Shown piece by piece: positions 26,882 to 41,712 of a stretch of DNA of 64,000 bases. Numbering within the stretch: position 1 is the stretch's first letter; the number at the start of each line of letters is the position of its first letter. The notes under the pieces are model-generated. The model did no database searches and was not told where the DNA came from. It saw nothing but the letters and a program-made list of their open reading frames with translations. Source of the DNA: the human T2T-CHM13v2.0 reference genome, Homo sapiens; the NCBI RefSeq assembly GCF_009914755.1, contig NC_060936.1; one strand, written 5' to 3'. Made by a program: the position numbers and the translations under genes.

Positions 26882-28149
26882 AATAGCTACCTTTGAAACA
26901 ATTTGTTACATATAAGTATTCAGAAGGAAAAGACTAAGAAACAAAATAATATGAAAATTAGAGGCTCAGGAGAAAGAACATAAAGGAAAGAGACTGAAGT
27001 CTTAGTCCCTGGTTTAGTTTTTTCTATTGGACAGCTAAATAACCTTGTCCTAGTCACCTGCGTTCCCTTGGCTTCAGTCTTCTTAGCAGGATAAAGGGGA
27101 TGTTGGCTTTCATAAAGCAAACTCCAATTCACTCTTTGTATTGTATTGTAAGTGTGTCATTTATTATTTAGTGCCGTCAGGAAAGGAATTAATTGATACA
27201 TAATGAAGGCACATGCTCAACCTTAGGCAACATTACAATGAAAAGTAAAGGATACATTTTTTTTCCAAAGAGAAATCCACCCATCCTCTGAAATTATCAA
27301 ATATATTTATGGAAGGGTTACTCCAGTTTATTCTTAAGAAAGAGGAAATTGTGGTTATTCAGATTATAGCTTGTGATGTTCTGCTGTATTTTTCTTTACT
27401 AAATTATGCCTTGTCACTTCCTTTAAATATTTAAAAATTTAAATAACTGGGCTATAGTTGGGAAATAATGAAAGGCACTAGGTGACCTAAAATTGTTTAG
27501 AATGCATTCATATTCTATTATAAGAACGATAGTAAATCAAAGAAGAGTAACTAAACAAGTTGCCTGGGGCTACTTTAACTTATGCACCAATGGCAGGCAC
27601 AGGATTCACGTGGTGCTTTGTCTAACTATCATTTTTCTCTTTCTACTCAAAGGCAGATGCAGCAGGATGCACTTAAACATTAGTCTTGTCAAATTGATGC
27701 TGGATTTCTCTTCTTTCCTGAAAGCAATTATACTAGCACAATATCATTATTATTGTTGAAGAAGCTGAGACTAGCTCTGTGCTCAAGATGCCAAAATAAT
27801 TTAGTCACTGCCAATGAATAGTTCAGCATTTTACAAACACGGCTTTACTTGGACTAGTCTGAATCTTTTGAGATTTTTCAGAAATAAAATATAAGCCACT
27901 TGCTCAATCAACAAAAGCAATCAAAGAGAAATGAAGTCAAGCTTCAATGCAAATAAAGGTTAGGACAATAGTCATTTGGGGATAGAATAACACGAAGCTC
28001 ACTACTGAGAATTATTTTAAGAACAAAGAAATGCAATTTAGTCTATTTAGTGGAAGAACACCCTAGCTAGAATTTAATCATGGAAGAAATAAACATACCT
28101 GGGCTTAAGTGCTTGAACGGGGTGTTACTCCATCAAACTTCTGGCAATA

Positions 28150-28445
28150 TTTTTTTTTTTTTGAGACAGAGTCTCTCTCTGTCACCCAGGCTGGTGTGCA
28201 GTGGTGCAATCTCAGCCCACTGCAACCTCTGCCTCCCAGGGTTCAAGCGATTATCCTGCCTCAGCCTCCCAAGTAGCTGGGATTACAGGCACCCGCCACC
28301 ATGCCCAGCTAAATTTTGTGTTTTTTGTAGAGACGGGTTTTCACCGTGTTGGCCAGACTGTTCTCAAACTCCTGGCCTCAAATTATCCACCCACCATGGC
28401 CTCCCAAAGTGCTGGGATTACAGGCATGATCCACCGCACCTGGCT
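28150..28445 (-). mobile_element. AluS
   Basis: Antisense dimer; TSD tctggcaat. Confidence 0.93.
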
Positions 28446-28699
28446 CTGGCAATGAATTTTTAAAGCTACCTTTTTCCACTCCTGTTATGCTGCCTTCATT
28501 CACATACAAATTACAAAGCTTCTACTACATGCCGGTGCTTGCTGGTCATGTGGAGGATGAGGCACCTACTTTGGAAGGCTGAAAATTGTTGTGACAAAGT
28601 TATGCATAGAGTGCTAAGAGACAAGAGGAGTAACGTCTGGCCAAATTCAGAAAAATCAAAGTGAGTGTTGCAGAGGAGGAAATTTTTTGCCAAAGTCCT

Positions 28700-29290
28700 A
28701 AAACATATAGGAGTTAAGCCACATGAAGAAGGGAGCTCAGGCCATTCTTGGGAAGAGGATACCATTTCTGAATGATAGTTTCAGGCAACTACTGGAATAC
28801 AGGCTACATGTATACGAAGAGTGAGAGAGGAAGTTAACAAGGAAGGTGTCCGATCATTGACAGCCTTGTAGGTTAAGCTGAGAAGCTTAAATTTCATCTT
28901 GGGCACTATGGGGAGTCACTGGCAGAATGTAAAGAAGTAGAATAACAAGATTTGCATGTTATAAAATTTTCTTTACATGCAGTTTTATCTATTGATACAT
29001 TCAACAAATATTTATTAGCATTTACTATAAGAAATGTGCAGGAAAGGAAAATGCGCAATAAGCAATAAAGTCAGGGTCCCTGCCCTCATGGAGTTTATGG
29101 TTCCCCCATAGAGACAGGTAATCAATTGTTTATTACTCAAGGAGACCAGCTGGGAATCTATTTATTTCAATAATCATGGTAAGAAGTGAGGAGGGTCACA
29201 ATTGAGGCAGTAGTAGCAGAAGTAGAAAAGAAAGGATGCATTTTTTTTAAGATAGGAGTAGAAGTAACAAGATTTAGTAATTCTGATGAC
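28700..29290. mobile_element. L2 fragments
   Basis: cattcaacaaatatttattagcatttacta, cctgccctcatggagttta, gggcactatggggagtcactg. Confidence 0.55.
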
Positions 29291-30099
29291 CAAAACCCAG
29301 ATATGATATTCTAATAATAACTATGTAGCTGATAAAGAGATTTCACCTACTGAGTGGACATTCTATACCAGGTACTGAAACAAGCACTCTGTTTTACTGA
29401 ATGCTTGTGGAAACTCTGCAAAAATTATTTGTCAATTTTATCAGAGACTGAGGATGTGATAGATTTCAAAAATGATTTTAACACTTTGCACAATCTCCCA
29501 TCAAAAGACAGAGCCTATTTCCTCACAAGGCTTGGTCTTGTGGCTTACTTTGATCAATAGGACACAATGGGAATGACATTCTACCAGCTTAGTCCAGCCC
29601 TGTCTCGTGGGCCCTTCTTCTGTTGTATCCCCATTACACAGAGCAAGTATAAGTGATAATAAGACCAATAAATAAAACATGGAATGAACCTCATGCATAA
29701 AGATTTCCTAAATTTTGTAAAACTTTTCAGGTTCCTCAGAAAAGACCTTACTATTACATAAGTTTTAAATCACATATTCTCTGTTTCTTGGTCCACATCA
29801 CTCCCTACCTTGCCATCATGACACCTTAATTCCTCAGGAAAACTGATTGCCCATTTGGATCAGGAGAAAATGCTAATGTACATGAACAAATCAAGAAATA
29901 TCGGCACCTTTTAGGATCCTCTGTTAAGTTCTTGGGGCACAAGCAGTGAACCTCTGATGATGTTTCATAGAAATCTATGAATGTAATTCTATGGACTTGT
30001 AATAGTTTACCATAATAACCATGAGCCAAGAATTCTGCTCTTTGGAGCCATTCATGGAATAATACATCAGAGCTAGAAGAGGAATTAAAGAAAATATAT

Positions 30100-30235
30100 T
30101 CTAACTCTGTTCTTTTAAAGATGAGAAAACTGAAGTTCAGAAATATTGTCACCAGCCCAAGGTCATACAATTCATTAGTTAGAAAGATGGAATCAAATAC
30201 AGGTCTTCTAAAAACTCTGACTAATGCTACTGCAA
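30100..30235 (-). mobile_element. MIR fragment
   Basis: agatgagaaaactgaagttcagaaa...cccaaggtcatacaa. Confidence 0.65.
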
Positions 30236-31771
30236 TTTAAAAATAGTGCTGCCTCCAATGAATAATTGGTTAATAGCAGGGAAAATCAAAATGGACGCTT
30301 TCATCTCCCTAGGAAATTTCAAATCCTACAACATTAAAGTAAAACTAAATGAAAGGAATCTAAACAACGAAAGTACAAGAGAACATATTTTTAAAAATGA
30401 AACAGTATTTCCTTAACAAGCTACATTTCAACACTTTTCTTGAAAAGCAAAAATCAATTTTTAGATAGTTCACTAGTGAGGTAAAATTCAGTTGAGACTA
30501 TTTTTAAGTAAAATTAAACATTCAATAATAGGGTTTAAACACTTTGAAGAAGTTCTTTTTAAAAATGTTGTAGAGGTATAATTAAAGCCTAAAAAAGAAA
30601 CATTAGAAGTAAAGTGATTGTGATCATTCTCTTTCCCCAGGTAAGATAATCTCCAATAATCATTTTATCCTTAACTAATAGTAACAACTTCTGAAGTTTA
30701 AACAATAACTCTTATTTAACCTGCAGTTTGAGAAATACATTTGAACTACCTAAAAATATCATAAATTCAACTTTTTCTAAAGTTCTCTAAATTGTGCATC
30801 TAATTGTCTCATTCTCACAATGGCAGTTTTGGTAGTTTTTACAATTAAGGGATAAAAGTTTTCAAGAACTTTTTGAAAGTTACATAGGAGACTTGGAATA
30901 AATATAAAAACAGAACAGAGCTGGTGATTCAGTAGCTATATTGTGGGATACCCTTCCAGCCAACACCTTTCTGGGAAGCATCCTCAGACCCAGACTGATG
31001 AAGGAGTGGGCAGCCTTCTGTGCAACTTGTGACTTTCCAGCTAGCACAGTTGATGAGAAGAGAAATGAGCATATATTTCAAGATAAGATAATCTTATTTT
31101 CTCTCTTGGAAATTTATATTTTGAGATTCAGGGACACGACTTGCTGGCATTGGTTCTTGGAATTATAAGGTATTGTTCAACTGCTGTTAGAACTAGTGTC
31201 ATAGAAACCTAGATTCACCATGAGTCATCAAGGGACTTAAAGACAGACGTATCTGGAGAAAAAGAGAATAAAGCTGAACATGCAGCCTCCAGCCCCAGAG
31301 AAAGACTGAGAGAGAACAGGAGAATAGAACCTTATTAGACACCAGATGTATTTCCAGCAACTGGGTTCCTTGAAATTTCTCTGGTTCATAAGTGCTTCAC
31401 AGACATAATGGGCTAGTAAATTAGGTCCTTATTTTGGAACAAATTGAGAGATATATTTGGAAGTATGACAGAGATCAAGCTGTCAGCTTTAATTGGAGAT
31501 AAAAGCTAAGTTGGAGAAGGGCATACTGCTAATAATTCACCCCAGATTTGTCAGATTTACCTACCCCATCACAAGCCCAGTAAAAATCACAGTATAAAGG
31601 CAAAGATAATGCATCTCTCTGCAGTCAGGCCAATTTCAAAGTGAGAGAAGAAAGAAATAGGTGATCTATACATATGCAGTGTGTTCTTCCAAATCATCAA
31701 ATAATAAGTGTTGCCTCTCTTTTTGACACTAGGTCTCCTCCAAGATATTCTTATGTAACTACTCTACTTGT

Positions 31772-31845
31772 CACCTGGACATCAGGACTTTGGAAAACTT
31801 CCCAAGTGTTTCCATTGTGCAGGCTGTCATGAGAATATCCTCTCT
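31772..31845 (+). mobile_element. MER5-type hAT end fragment
   Basis: cctggacatcaggactttggaaaacttcccaagtgtttccattgtgcag resembles the MER5A/B terminus. Confidence 0.5.
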
Positions 31846-32583
31846 CGGGAAGACTTACTAGAGAAAGAAGTAGCCATCACCAATCTTTCAAGCCTTTTGC
31901 ACTCTTACCTATTGGATTTGAACAACTTATGTAAGGTCATCTTGGGTTATGATTGTCCCTCTCAGGTAAGATGTTAGCATTTTTGTCAGGACTAGTTTGC
32001 TTCCAAACCCAAGAGGCTCCAATCAAAATACCAATGACTTCTCCCTGGATTATCTGTGATCCTCTAACTCATAAGGAATATCCCACAAAAAGCTTCACAG
32101 CCCATCAAAAAAAAAAAAAAAAAAAACAACTAACTCTAAGGTTTTCTCAGTCCAAATTATATACCCTTTACTATTTCCCAGCTAAAATTATGTCAACCTG
32201 TATTTCATTATATCTCATCAAGTTTTCTGCAATAAGATTAAATAACTTTATGATATACCAATGATAAAATAACAGCAAAAATATACTCCATATTTGATAT
32301 TAATCCCCTTCCATTATGAATTTCATGGAAAGATTTAAAAATGTTCAAAGAAATTTTACATTTAAGATATAAATATTTTATTTAAGTAAAATAATTTGAA
32401 GCCTAAAGAATTTAAAGTTCTTCTCAATTTCTTATTCCATTTCATCTCTGCAAGAAGTCTTGATACTTGAAGCTATAGTATGTTTCACCTGTTATAAAAG
32501 CTATGAATGCCATAGCACTAATAAAGTTGAATTTAGCCACAGTCTCTCATGTATCTCATTAAAAAAAGAAATCAAAGATTTCT

Positions 32584-32882
32584 GGCGGGGTACAGAGGCT
32601 CATGCCTGTAATCCCAGCGCTTTGGGAGGCTGAGGCAGATGGATCACCTGAGATTAGGAGTTCAAGACTAGCCTGGCCAACATGGGGAAATCTTGTCTCT
32701 ACTAAAAATTAGAAAATTAGCTGCGCATGGGGGCGTGCGCCTGTAATCCCAGCTAGTCAGAAGACTGAGGCAAGAAAATCATTTGAACCTGGGAGGCAGA
32801 GGTTGCAGTGAGCTGAGATTATGCCACTGCACTCCAGCCTGGGTGACAGAGTGAGACTCCATCTCATAAAAAAAAAAAAAAA
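32584..32882 (+). mobile_element. AluS
   Basis: Full dimer with poly(A). Confidence 0.93.
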
Positions 32883-33179
32883 TTCATGCCATAAAAAATC
32901 AAATAATTAATAAAATATATCATAGTTTCATAGCCCTGGACCATTTCTGACTAATTCAGATAACCAGCCAAACCCCAATACCTAGACATTTCTTCATAAA
33001 ATTTTGTTACAATAACATACTTAGTATTGTCATTAACCAGTAGTTCTCATTCCTAAATGTGTACTATAATTGTCTTATATACTCTTAAAAAATACTAGTA
33101 TCTTACCCAATAACAGTTAAATCAGCATCTTTGAATGAGGAATTTGTAAAGATGTAATTTTTAAATCTCTCAAGGTTTT

Positions 33180-34042
<863 letters not shown>

Positions 34043-34734
34043 CCAGGGTATTTTAATGTCCAGCCAGAGTTAACCTCTGCCATAGACCATAGCAGAAACT
34101 CAATAGCATCTGAAGGAAGAGGAAATGGGGAAAATCTTTATTTTAGTCATAGTGAGCTGTCAGGCAGTCAGTTGCAGTGCACAGTTAAACACTTGTGTGA
34201 AACACAATTGAGTGAAAGTTCTCATTAAGGGGTTAATATTTTTCCATAAGCACCTATCATTTTAGGGGGAAGCCACCTACTCAAACTGTCTTTTCATGCT
34301 GCCATTTGAGCTACTGCTGCCTTCTTGCAAAGTCTAGAAATTTACACTGGTAGCAGCTCCAGTCACCATATGCTGTTTTACTCCCTCCCTATCTCACCTC
34401 TAAATTTAATTTAATCCCTCTTAATTCCATTTATTTTTTGAGCTCTGTGCTTTCACACTTCCTTGTGAGCAAGCATTTTAGTCCTATGCTTTAATTCAGT
34501 CATTTAATAAGGGTAAGCTTAGAAATTTTTGAAATCTGTGGCACAGGAAAGAATTCCCCTAGTCCTCTCATTTATTTGAACTGGAGAATCACCTTCAGCA
34601 TATTTCTAAGGTAAACTTGTTCTGTTTTTTTTTTTTTTCTTTTTCTGTAACTTGTGACCCCAGAAGCCTAATTTGTACCAGCTTTTGCCATATGCTCCTC
34701 AGCTTTTGAAAGTCCCAGATATTGTGAATCATTT

Positions 34735-37700
34735 GTTTTTGTTGTTTTTGTTTTCAAACAGCTTTACTGAAAATAATTCACGTGCCATACAACTTATTCA
34801 TTTAGAGTATACCATCTAATATTTTTCAGTCTACTCACTGCTGTGCGGCCATCAGCACAATTAAATTTTAGAACATTTCAACCTCCTAAAAAAAAAAAAA
34901 CCTTGTTCCCATTAGCAGTCAATCCCTATTCTATACCAACCCTAAGCAACTTACTAATATATTTCATTATTCTGGCCATTTAATACAAATATGTTCTTTT
35001 GTGATTAGATTCTTTAACTTAGCATAATGTTTTTAAGAGCAATTGTGCCATAGCATGAATTAATACTTCATTTCTTTTTATTGCCAAATAATATTCCCTT
35101 GTATGGATATGCCAGATTGTATTGACACACATTCATCAGTTGATAGACATTTGGGTTATTTCCACTCTTGGGCCACTATGAATAGTATTGTTATGAATAA
35201 TCATAAACAAGGTTTTGTATGGATATATATTTTCATTTCATTTGCATATATACATTGGAATGGAATTGTGGGTCATATGATAACACTATGTTTAACTTTT
35301 GAGAAACTGCCAGACTGTTTTTCATAGTGATTGCACCATCTTACATTCCCACCAGCAGCATGTAAGTGTTCCAATTTCTCCATATCTTTGCTAAAGTTGC
35401 TGTTGTCATCTTTTTTATTATAGCCATCCAGTAAGGGTTAATAGCATCTTATTGTGGTTTTGATTTGATTTTCACTAATGATGTAGAACAACTTTTCATA
35501 TGCTTATTGGTCACATGTATATCTTCTCAGAGAAAATACCTATTCAAATCCTATGACCATTTTAACATTGAGTTACTGTCTTCTTTATTGAATGGTAAAA
35601 TTCATTTAAATATCTGGATACAAGTTATTTATCAGACATATGTTCTCTCATTCTGTGGTTTTTTTTCCCTTGAGGATATAATTTGAAGCACAAAAGTTTT
35701 AAAATAATATGGTTTATTTTGTTTTTTTTCCTGCTTATGTTTTCAGTGTAGTATCTAAGAAAGTTTCCTAACCAATGATCATTAGGATTTACTCCTAAAT
35801 TTTTTCCCAGGAATTTATAGCTTAATCCCTTATATTTAAGTCTATGATCCATTCTGAGTTTTTATGTTTTTGTTTGTTTGTTTCTTTGTGTTTATTTGTT
35901 TTTTGTTTTGCATATGATTTGAGGTAAGGTTCCAACTTTATTCCTTTGAATGTGGTCATTCAGTTTCCCCAGCAGTGTTTGTTGAAATGACTATTTTTTC
36001 ACTATTTAATTTTCTTGGTACATTTGTCAAAAATAAATTGACCATATGTTTGTAATTATGCCAGTACCACACTGTCTTGATTACTGTAGCTTTGCAGTAA
36101 GGGTTGAAATCAGGAAGTATGAGCCAAGATCGTTTGACTATTCTGGGTCTCTTGCATTTCCTCATGAATTTTAACTTCAATTTGTCAATTTCTTCTAAAA
36201 AGCCAGCAAGAATTTTGACAGGGATTACATTGAATATTTCCACCAATTTAGGAAGTATTGGCCATCTTAACATTATTAATCTTTCAATCCATAAACATGA
36301 GACGTCTTTCCATTTATTTAAGGTTTTTTTTAATATCTTTAAGCAATGTTCTGTATTTTCTAGGGCACAAATCTTATACACCCTTTTGTTATACTTAAAT
36401 ATTTTGTTCTTTTTTTATGTCATTATGGTTGGAAATGTTTTCTTAGTTTCAAATGCATAATTTTCATTGTTAACCTATAGAAATAATTGATTTTTAGAAA
36501 TTGATCTTTTATTTTTCAGCCTTCACAGGTTTTTAGTGTAATCCTTACAATTTTCTGTATATAAAATAACATGATCTGCAAATAGAGATAGTTTTACCTC
36601 CTTCTTTCCAATTTAGATGCCTTTTATTCCCTCTTCTTGCCTAGATGCCTGGGCTGGAAACTCCAATACAATGTTAAATCAAGGTGATGAGGTTGAACAT
36701 CTGTGTCTGGTTCTTGATCTTAGGGTGAAAATATTCATTCTTTCGCTATTAAGTATGAGGTTAACTGTGGATTTTTTGTAGATGGTCTTTACTAGGTAAA
36801 AATGAGTGTTTTATCATGAAATGTAGTTGTAGTACATCAAATGTTTTCGAAATAACTGTATAATATTTTGTCTTTTATTCTGTCAAAATGGCTTATTACA
36901 TTAATTAATTTTGGATGTTAAATCAACCTGTGTTCCTAGGATAAATCCTACTTGTTCATGTTGTATAATCCTTTTAATATGTTATTGGATTTGGTTTGTT
37001 AGTATTTTGATGAGTATTTTTGCAAATATATTCATCAGCGATACTAGGCTGTAGTTTTTTTCTTCTAGTTTTAGTATCAGAGTAATATTGCCCTCATAGG
37101 ATGAGTTGGAAACTGTTTCCAGCTCTTCTATTTGTTAAAAGAATTTGTGAAGTATTTATAGTAGTTTTTCTTTGAATGTTTGATAGATTTCACCAGGGAA
37201 AACATATGGTACTTGGCTTTTCTTTCAGGAAGTTTTAAAATGATCAATTCAATTTTTTGCTTATTATAGACCTATCTGGAATTTCTATTTATTCTAGAGT
37301 AAGAGTCAGTACTTTGTGTCTTCCAAGAAATTAATTCGTTTCATGCAACTCATCTTGTTGGTTTATAGTTGTTTGTAATAGCATTCCCTTATAATCTTTT
37401 TATTTCAATACAACAATAGTAACATTCCTTTTTCATTCTTGATTTTAGTAATTTCAGACTTCTCTTTGTTTTTTATTCTTGGTTAGTTCAGCTAAAATTT
37501 TGTCATTTTTTTTTTTATATTTTTAAAAGCATCAAATAGCTACTCCTGCTTTCCTTTCATTTATAGTTGTGTGATATATCTTCTTCCATCCTATTACTTT
37601 CAAACTATGTCTCTTCCAGACAAAGCATTATTGGATCACAGTCTTTAAAATCCAATTTAAAAGTTCTTGGGTTTTGGTGAGATTGTATAACCCACATGCA

Positions 37701-40200
37701 TTTAATATTATTGATATGTTTAGAATTATATCTGCCATTTTGCCTTTTGTTTTCTATGTGTCACATGTCTTTTTTCTTTTTCTACTTTTTTTTATACTAA
37801 GCAGCTTATGTTTAATGTAGCAGTTTAATTTTTAGTAAATTTTAAATTATATTTTGAAATATTTATTAGTGGTTCTTCTAGGACTTACAATGTATGTCTT
37901 AACTTATGAAAGTCTAATTTAGATTTATACTGATTTTATACCCATAAAATATAGAAACTTTATTCCTATATAGCTACATTCCCTCCTTATATTTTGTGCT
38001 ATTACTGTCATACATACTACTTCTATAAAGCTTACAAACTGAACAATACATTGTTATAATTATTACTTTATATTATCTTAATTTTTTAAAGAACTAAAGA
38101 AATAGAAGCAAATATATATGTATAGAGCTTGTTATATTAACATTCTTATTTACCCTTGCTGTTTCTTTTTATTCCGTCTAGTGGTGTAAGATAACACTTG
38201 GTATCATTTGCTTACTCCAATATAACTTTGTTTTCACCCAGTTCCTTTGAACGTTGATTGTCAAATACATGACATTTCTTTGTGTTACATGCCAAATTGT
38301 TGTATTATGCAATTGCTTTTTGAATCAGTCAAAAGAAGAAGAGACAAGAGCATGCAATTATGCTATATTTTTCAATTAGCTACATAATTACCTTTATGGG
38401 CATTCTTTGTTTTTCTTGTAGCTTTGAATTACTGTCTATTGTCACTTGCTTTCAACCTGAAGAAGTTCCTTTACTATTTATTTTAAGGCAGTTTACTGGC
38501 AACAAATTCTCTCAATTTTTGTTTCCCTGGGAATGTCTTATCTTACCCTCATTTTTGAAAGATAGTCTTGCTAGATATAAATTTATTTTTCACTGTTTTT
38601 ACTTTTAGCTTTTTGAATATGTCATCCCACTACCTTCTGGGCCCTTCTTTCTGATAAGCTGCCAGCTTGATGTAATGATTCCTTTTACTCTTGCACCTTT
38701 CAAGATTTTCTCCTTGTCTTTAAGCATTTTGACTGTGATATGTCTGGGTGTTTTTCTCTTTGTACTTATTGTGCTTGGAGTTTGCTGAGGTTCTTGGCTC
38801 TGTACGTGAAGATATTTCATCAAATTTAATAAATCTTCAACTTTTATTTCCTTGCTTATTTATTTTGTCCCTTGCTTTCTTCTCCATTGCTAGTCCCATG
38901 AAATGTACGTTGGTGTGTTTAATGGTGTCCTACATTTCTCTGAGACTCTGTTAATTTTTATTTATCCTTTATTCTCTCTGTTCCAGATTGCCTGATCTCT
39001 ATTGATCTGTCTTCAAATTCACTATTCTTTTCTTCTGCTAGCTCATTTCTACTCTGCTAATGAATTTTTCATTTTAGTTATTTTACTTTTAAACTATAGA
39101 ATTTTAATTTGGTTATTTTTTTAATAGTATCTATCTCCTTATTGGTATTCTATACTTGATAAAATATTGTCATCATACCTTCCTTTAGTTATTTAAGCTT
39201 GATTTCTTTCTGTTCTTTGAAAGTATTTGTAATTGCTGCTTTGAAGTTTTTGTCTACTAAGCCCACTATCAGGGACACTTTAAAGACATATTCTATAGCC
39301 AATTTTTTCCTTATTTATAAGTCACACTTTCCTATTTCTTGGTATGTCGCATTATATTGTTGAAAACTGAACATTTCAGATAATCTATTTTACCAACCCT
39401 GGATACTGATAATTCCTGGAGTTGTATTTCTTATCTGGTCGTTTAAAAATTTGCTTAGTTGCTTGACTGAAATAGTTCTATGCTGTATGTTTCCCTTACA
39501 GGGAAAAGATTCTGATATCATTGCTCACATATTCCCCCTTGTTTTTTCTTTAAGCCTGGCCACCCTGGTCAGTATAGCCACTAATTTGTCAAATGTTACA
39601 TGTAAATCTCTATAGCCAGTTAGATTTTTACTCTTTACCATTAATGTGTGTTTGTGGTTTGGAAATTGCTAGCACAGTTCAGGGATTTTACATGTCTCTG
39701 CATATTCAACCAGGAACAATAGCCTAGAGGGTCTCTCTCTGGCAACTCCCGAGAGTGTGCAGTCTTGGGCAAGCACATGTTTTTTGAGAATGCCAGGAAT
39801 GACTATGATATTATTTAGAATACTGGTTAGGAGTCACCTCTGGGTCAGAGTAGCTCATTATTCTGTCAATGTTCAGTCAGAGGTTGTGTTTACGCCCATT
39901 TGCCAGTGAAGCTTCAGACATGTTGATTTGTGTGAGTCTTGGGAGATGTTTTTAAATATACGCCCACATGTAGATTTCATGTTTCTGTCTGGGTAAGCCT
40001 ATTACACAGGCACAGGCCTCCTCTAGAATTGTCCACATCATAGAAGGGCTTTTATTTGCTGTCTTTTTCTCTGATTGTCTCTGGTAAGCTTCTGGCTACT
40101 CTGCCATTTTGTTTGTATCAGACCTACCAATGTCTAAGCTTTGGGACTCAAAATGATGTCATTGTGGTTTTTTCATTATCACAACTGCAAAAGATGGATT
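34735..40200 (-). mobile_element. Long degraded L1 (L1MB/L1ME-type), 3' UTR through ORF2 and ORF1 to the 5' region, with internal deletions
   Basis: 3' end aaacagctttactgaaa; ORF2 peptide LILPDFNPYCKATVIKTVWYW (35956-36381); ORF1-like TPRHITVKMLKDKEKILKGAR (38605-38823). Confidence 0.8.
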
Positions 40201-40344
40201 ATTCCTTTCCTTCTGTTTTTTACTAATAATACCTACTCCTCCTTTGTGAGTGAAATGGCCCATTAAGGCTCGGATATGTAAAGCTACATTCAGAAATTTC
40301 TAATTTACAATTCCAGATACAATTTGAGAGGATGAGTTGAAGTT

Positions 40345-41332
40345 GACTGCTGAAAGAAATCAGGTACAACACAAATAAATGGAAAATCATTCCACGCTTA
40401 TGGATTAGAAGAATCAATATTGTTAAAATGACCATACTGCCAAAAGCAATTTACAAATTTAACACTATTTCTCTCAAACTATCAAAGTCATTTTTTACAG
40501 AATTAGAAAAAAAAATATTCTAAAATGCATATGGAAACAAAAAAGAACCTGAATAGCCAAAGCAATTGTAAGCAAAACGAACAAAGCCGGAGGCATCAGT
40601 CTACCCAACTTCTCACTGTACTAAAAGGCTACAGTGACGAAAACAGCATTTTACTTGTACAACAGACACATAGACCAATGGAACAGAATCAAAAATTCAG
40701 AAATAAAGTCGCACACCCGCAACCATCTGATCTTCAACATGGCCGACAAATACAAGCAGTGGGAAAAGGACTCCTTAGTCATTAAGTGGTGCCGGGATAA
40801 CTAGCTAACCATATGCAGAATAATGAAACTGGACCCCTACCTTTCACCATATACAAATTAAATATTTAAATGTAAGACCTCAAAATATAAAAATCCAAGA
40901 AGAAAACCTAGGAAATACCCTTCTCAACATCAACCTTGGCAAGGAATTTTTGGCTAAGTCCCCCAAAACAATTGCAACAGAAACAAAAATTTACAAGTTG
41001 GACTTAATTAAACTAAAGCGCTTCTGCACAGCAAAAGAACTTATCAAAAGTAAATAGACAACCTTACAGAATGGCAGTAAATATTTGCAATCTGTGCAAT
41101 ATTAGACAGAGGTCTAATATTAAGAATCTAAAAGTCACTTAAACAAACCACCAAACAAAAACCAAATAACCCCATTAAAAAGTTGGCAAAGGACACGAAC
41201 AGACACTTCTCAAAAGGAGATACAAAAGTGTCCAGCAAACATGAAAAAATGCTTATCATCACTAATCATCAAAAAAATGCAAATCAAAACCACAATGAGA
41301 TACCATCTCACACCAGTCACAATGGCTATTAA
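40345..41332 (+). mobile_element. Internal L1 ORF2 fragment (L1PB/L1MA-like)
   Basis: aaataaatggaaaatcattccacgcttatggattagaagaatcaatattg...accatctcacaccagtcacaatggctatt; no 3' UTR. Confidence 0.88.
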
Positions 41333-41712
41333 TCTAAAATTAAATTTTAATCTAAAATGGCTCTCTGGTGCCATCTGGAAGTAAATTATCTTTGTGAATA
41401 AAAGCCTAAGCCTTAGTGTGTAAATTTGGCTGAGAAAGACAATTTAAGCAGGTGAAGAATAATTAATCATCTTAATGTCTAAAAACCTTTTCAAGAAATC
41501 CTGAGGTAGGCAGAATTCTAAGATGCCCTCCACCTCAGATTTCTAGGCCCTGGTTTACACACCTTCTCCCAGTTATTCAAACACTAATATATGTGTTGCT
41601 GTGAAAAGATTTTGCAGATGTAATTAAAATCTTTATTCAATTGGCTTAAATTAGGAAAATTATCCTAGGTGGGTCTGAGCTAATCAGGTAAATAATTAAA
41701 ATAAGATGAAGT

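Noticed and set aside
27620-27760. Branch point, pyrimidine tract and AG on the plus strand
   Set aside because: No convincing donor or coding signal; such pseudo-acceptors are common.
29826-30170. 114-aa minus-strand ORF as a single-exon gene
   Set aside because: Its start lies in a MIR and no domain is recognisable; only an internal 62-bp piece is kept as a weak exon candidate.
31909-32106. Additional minus-strand exon ending at ag/gtaaga
   Set aside because: No AG directly after the poly(T), stops in all frames, and the least-interrupted frame is out of phase with the next candidate.
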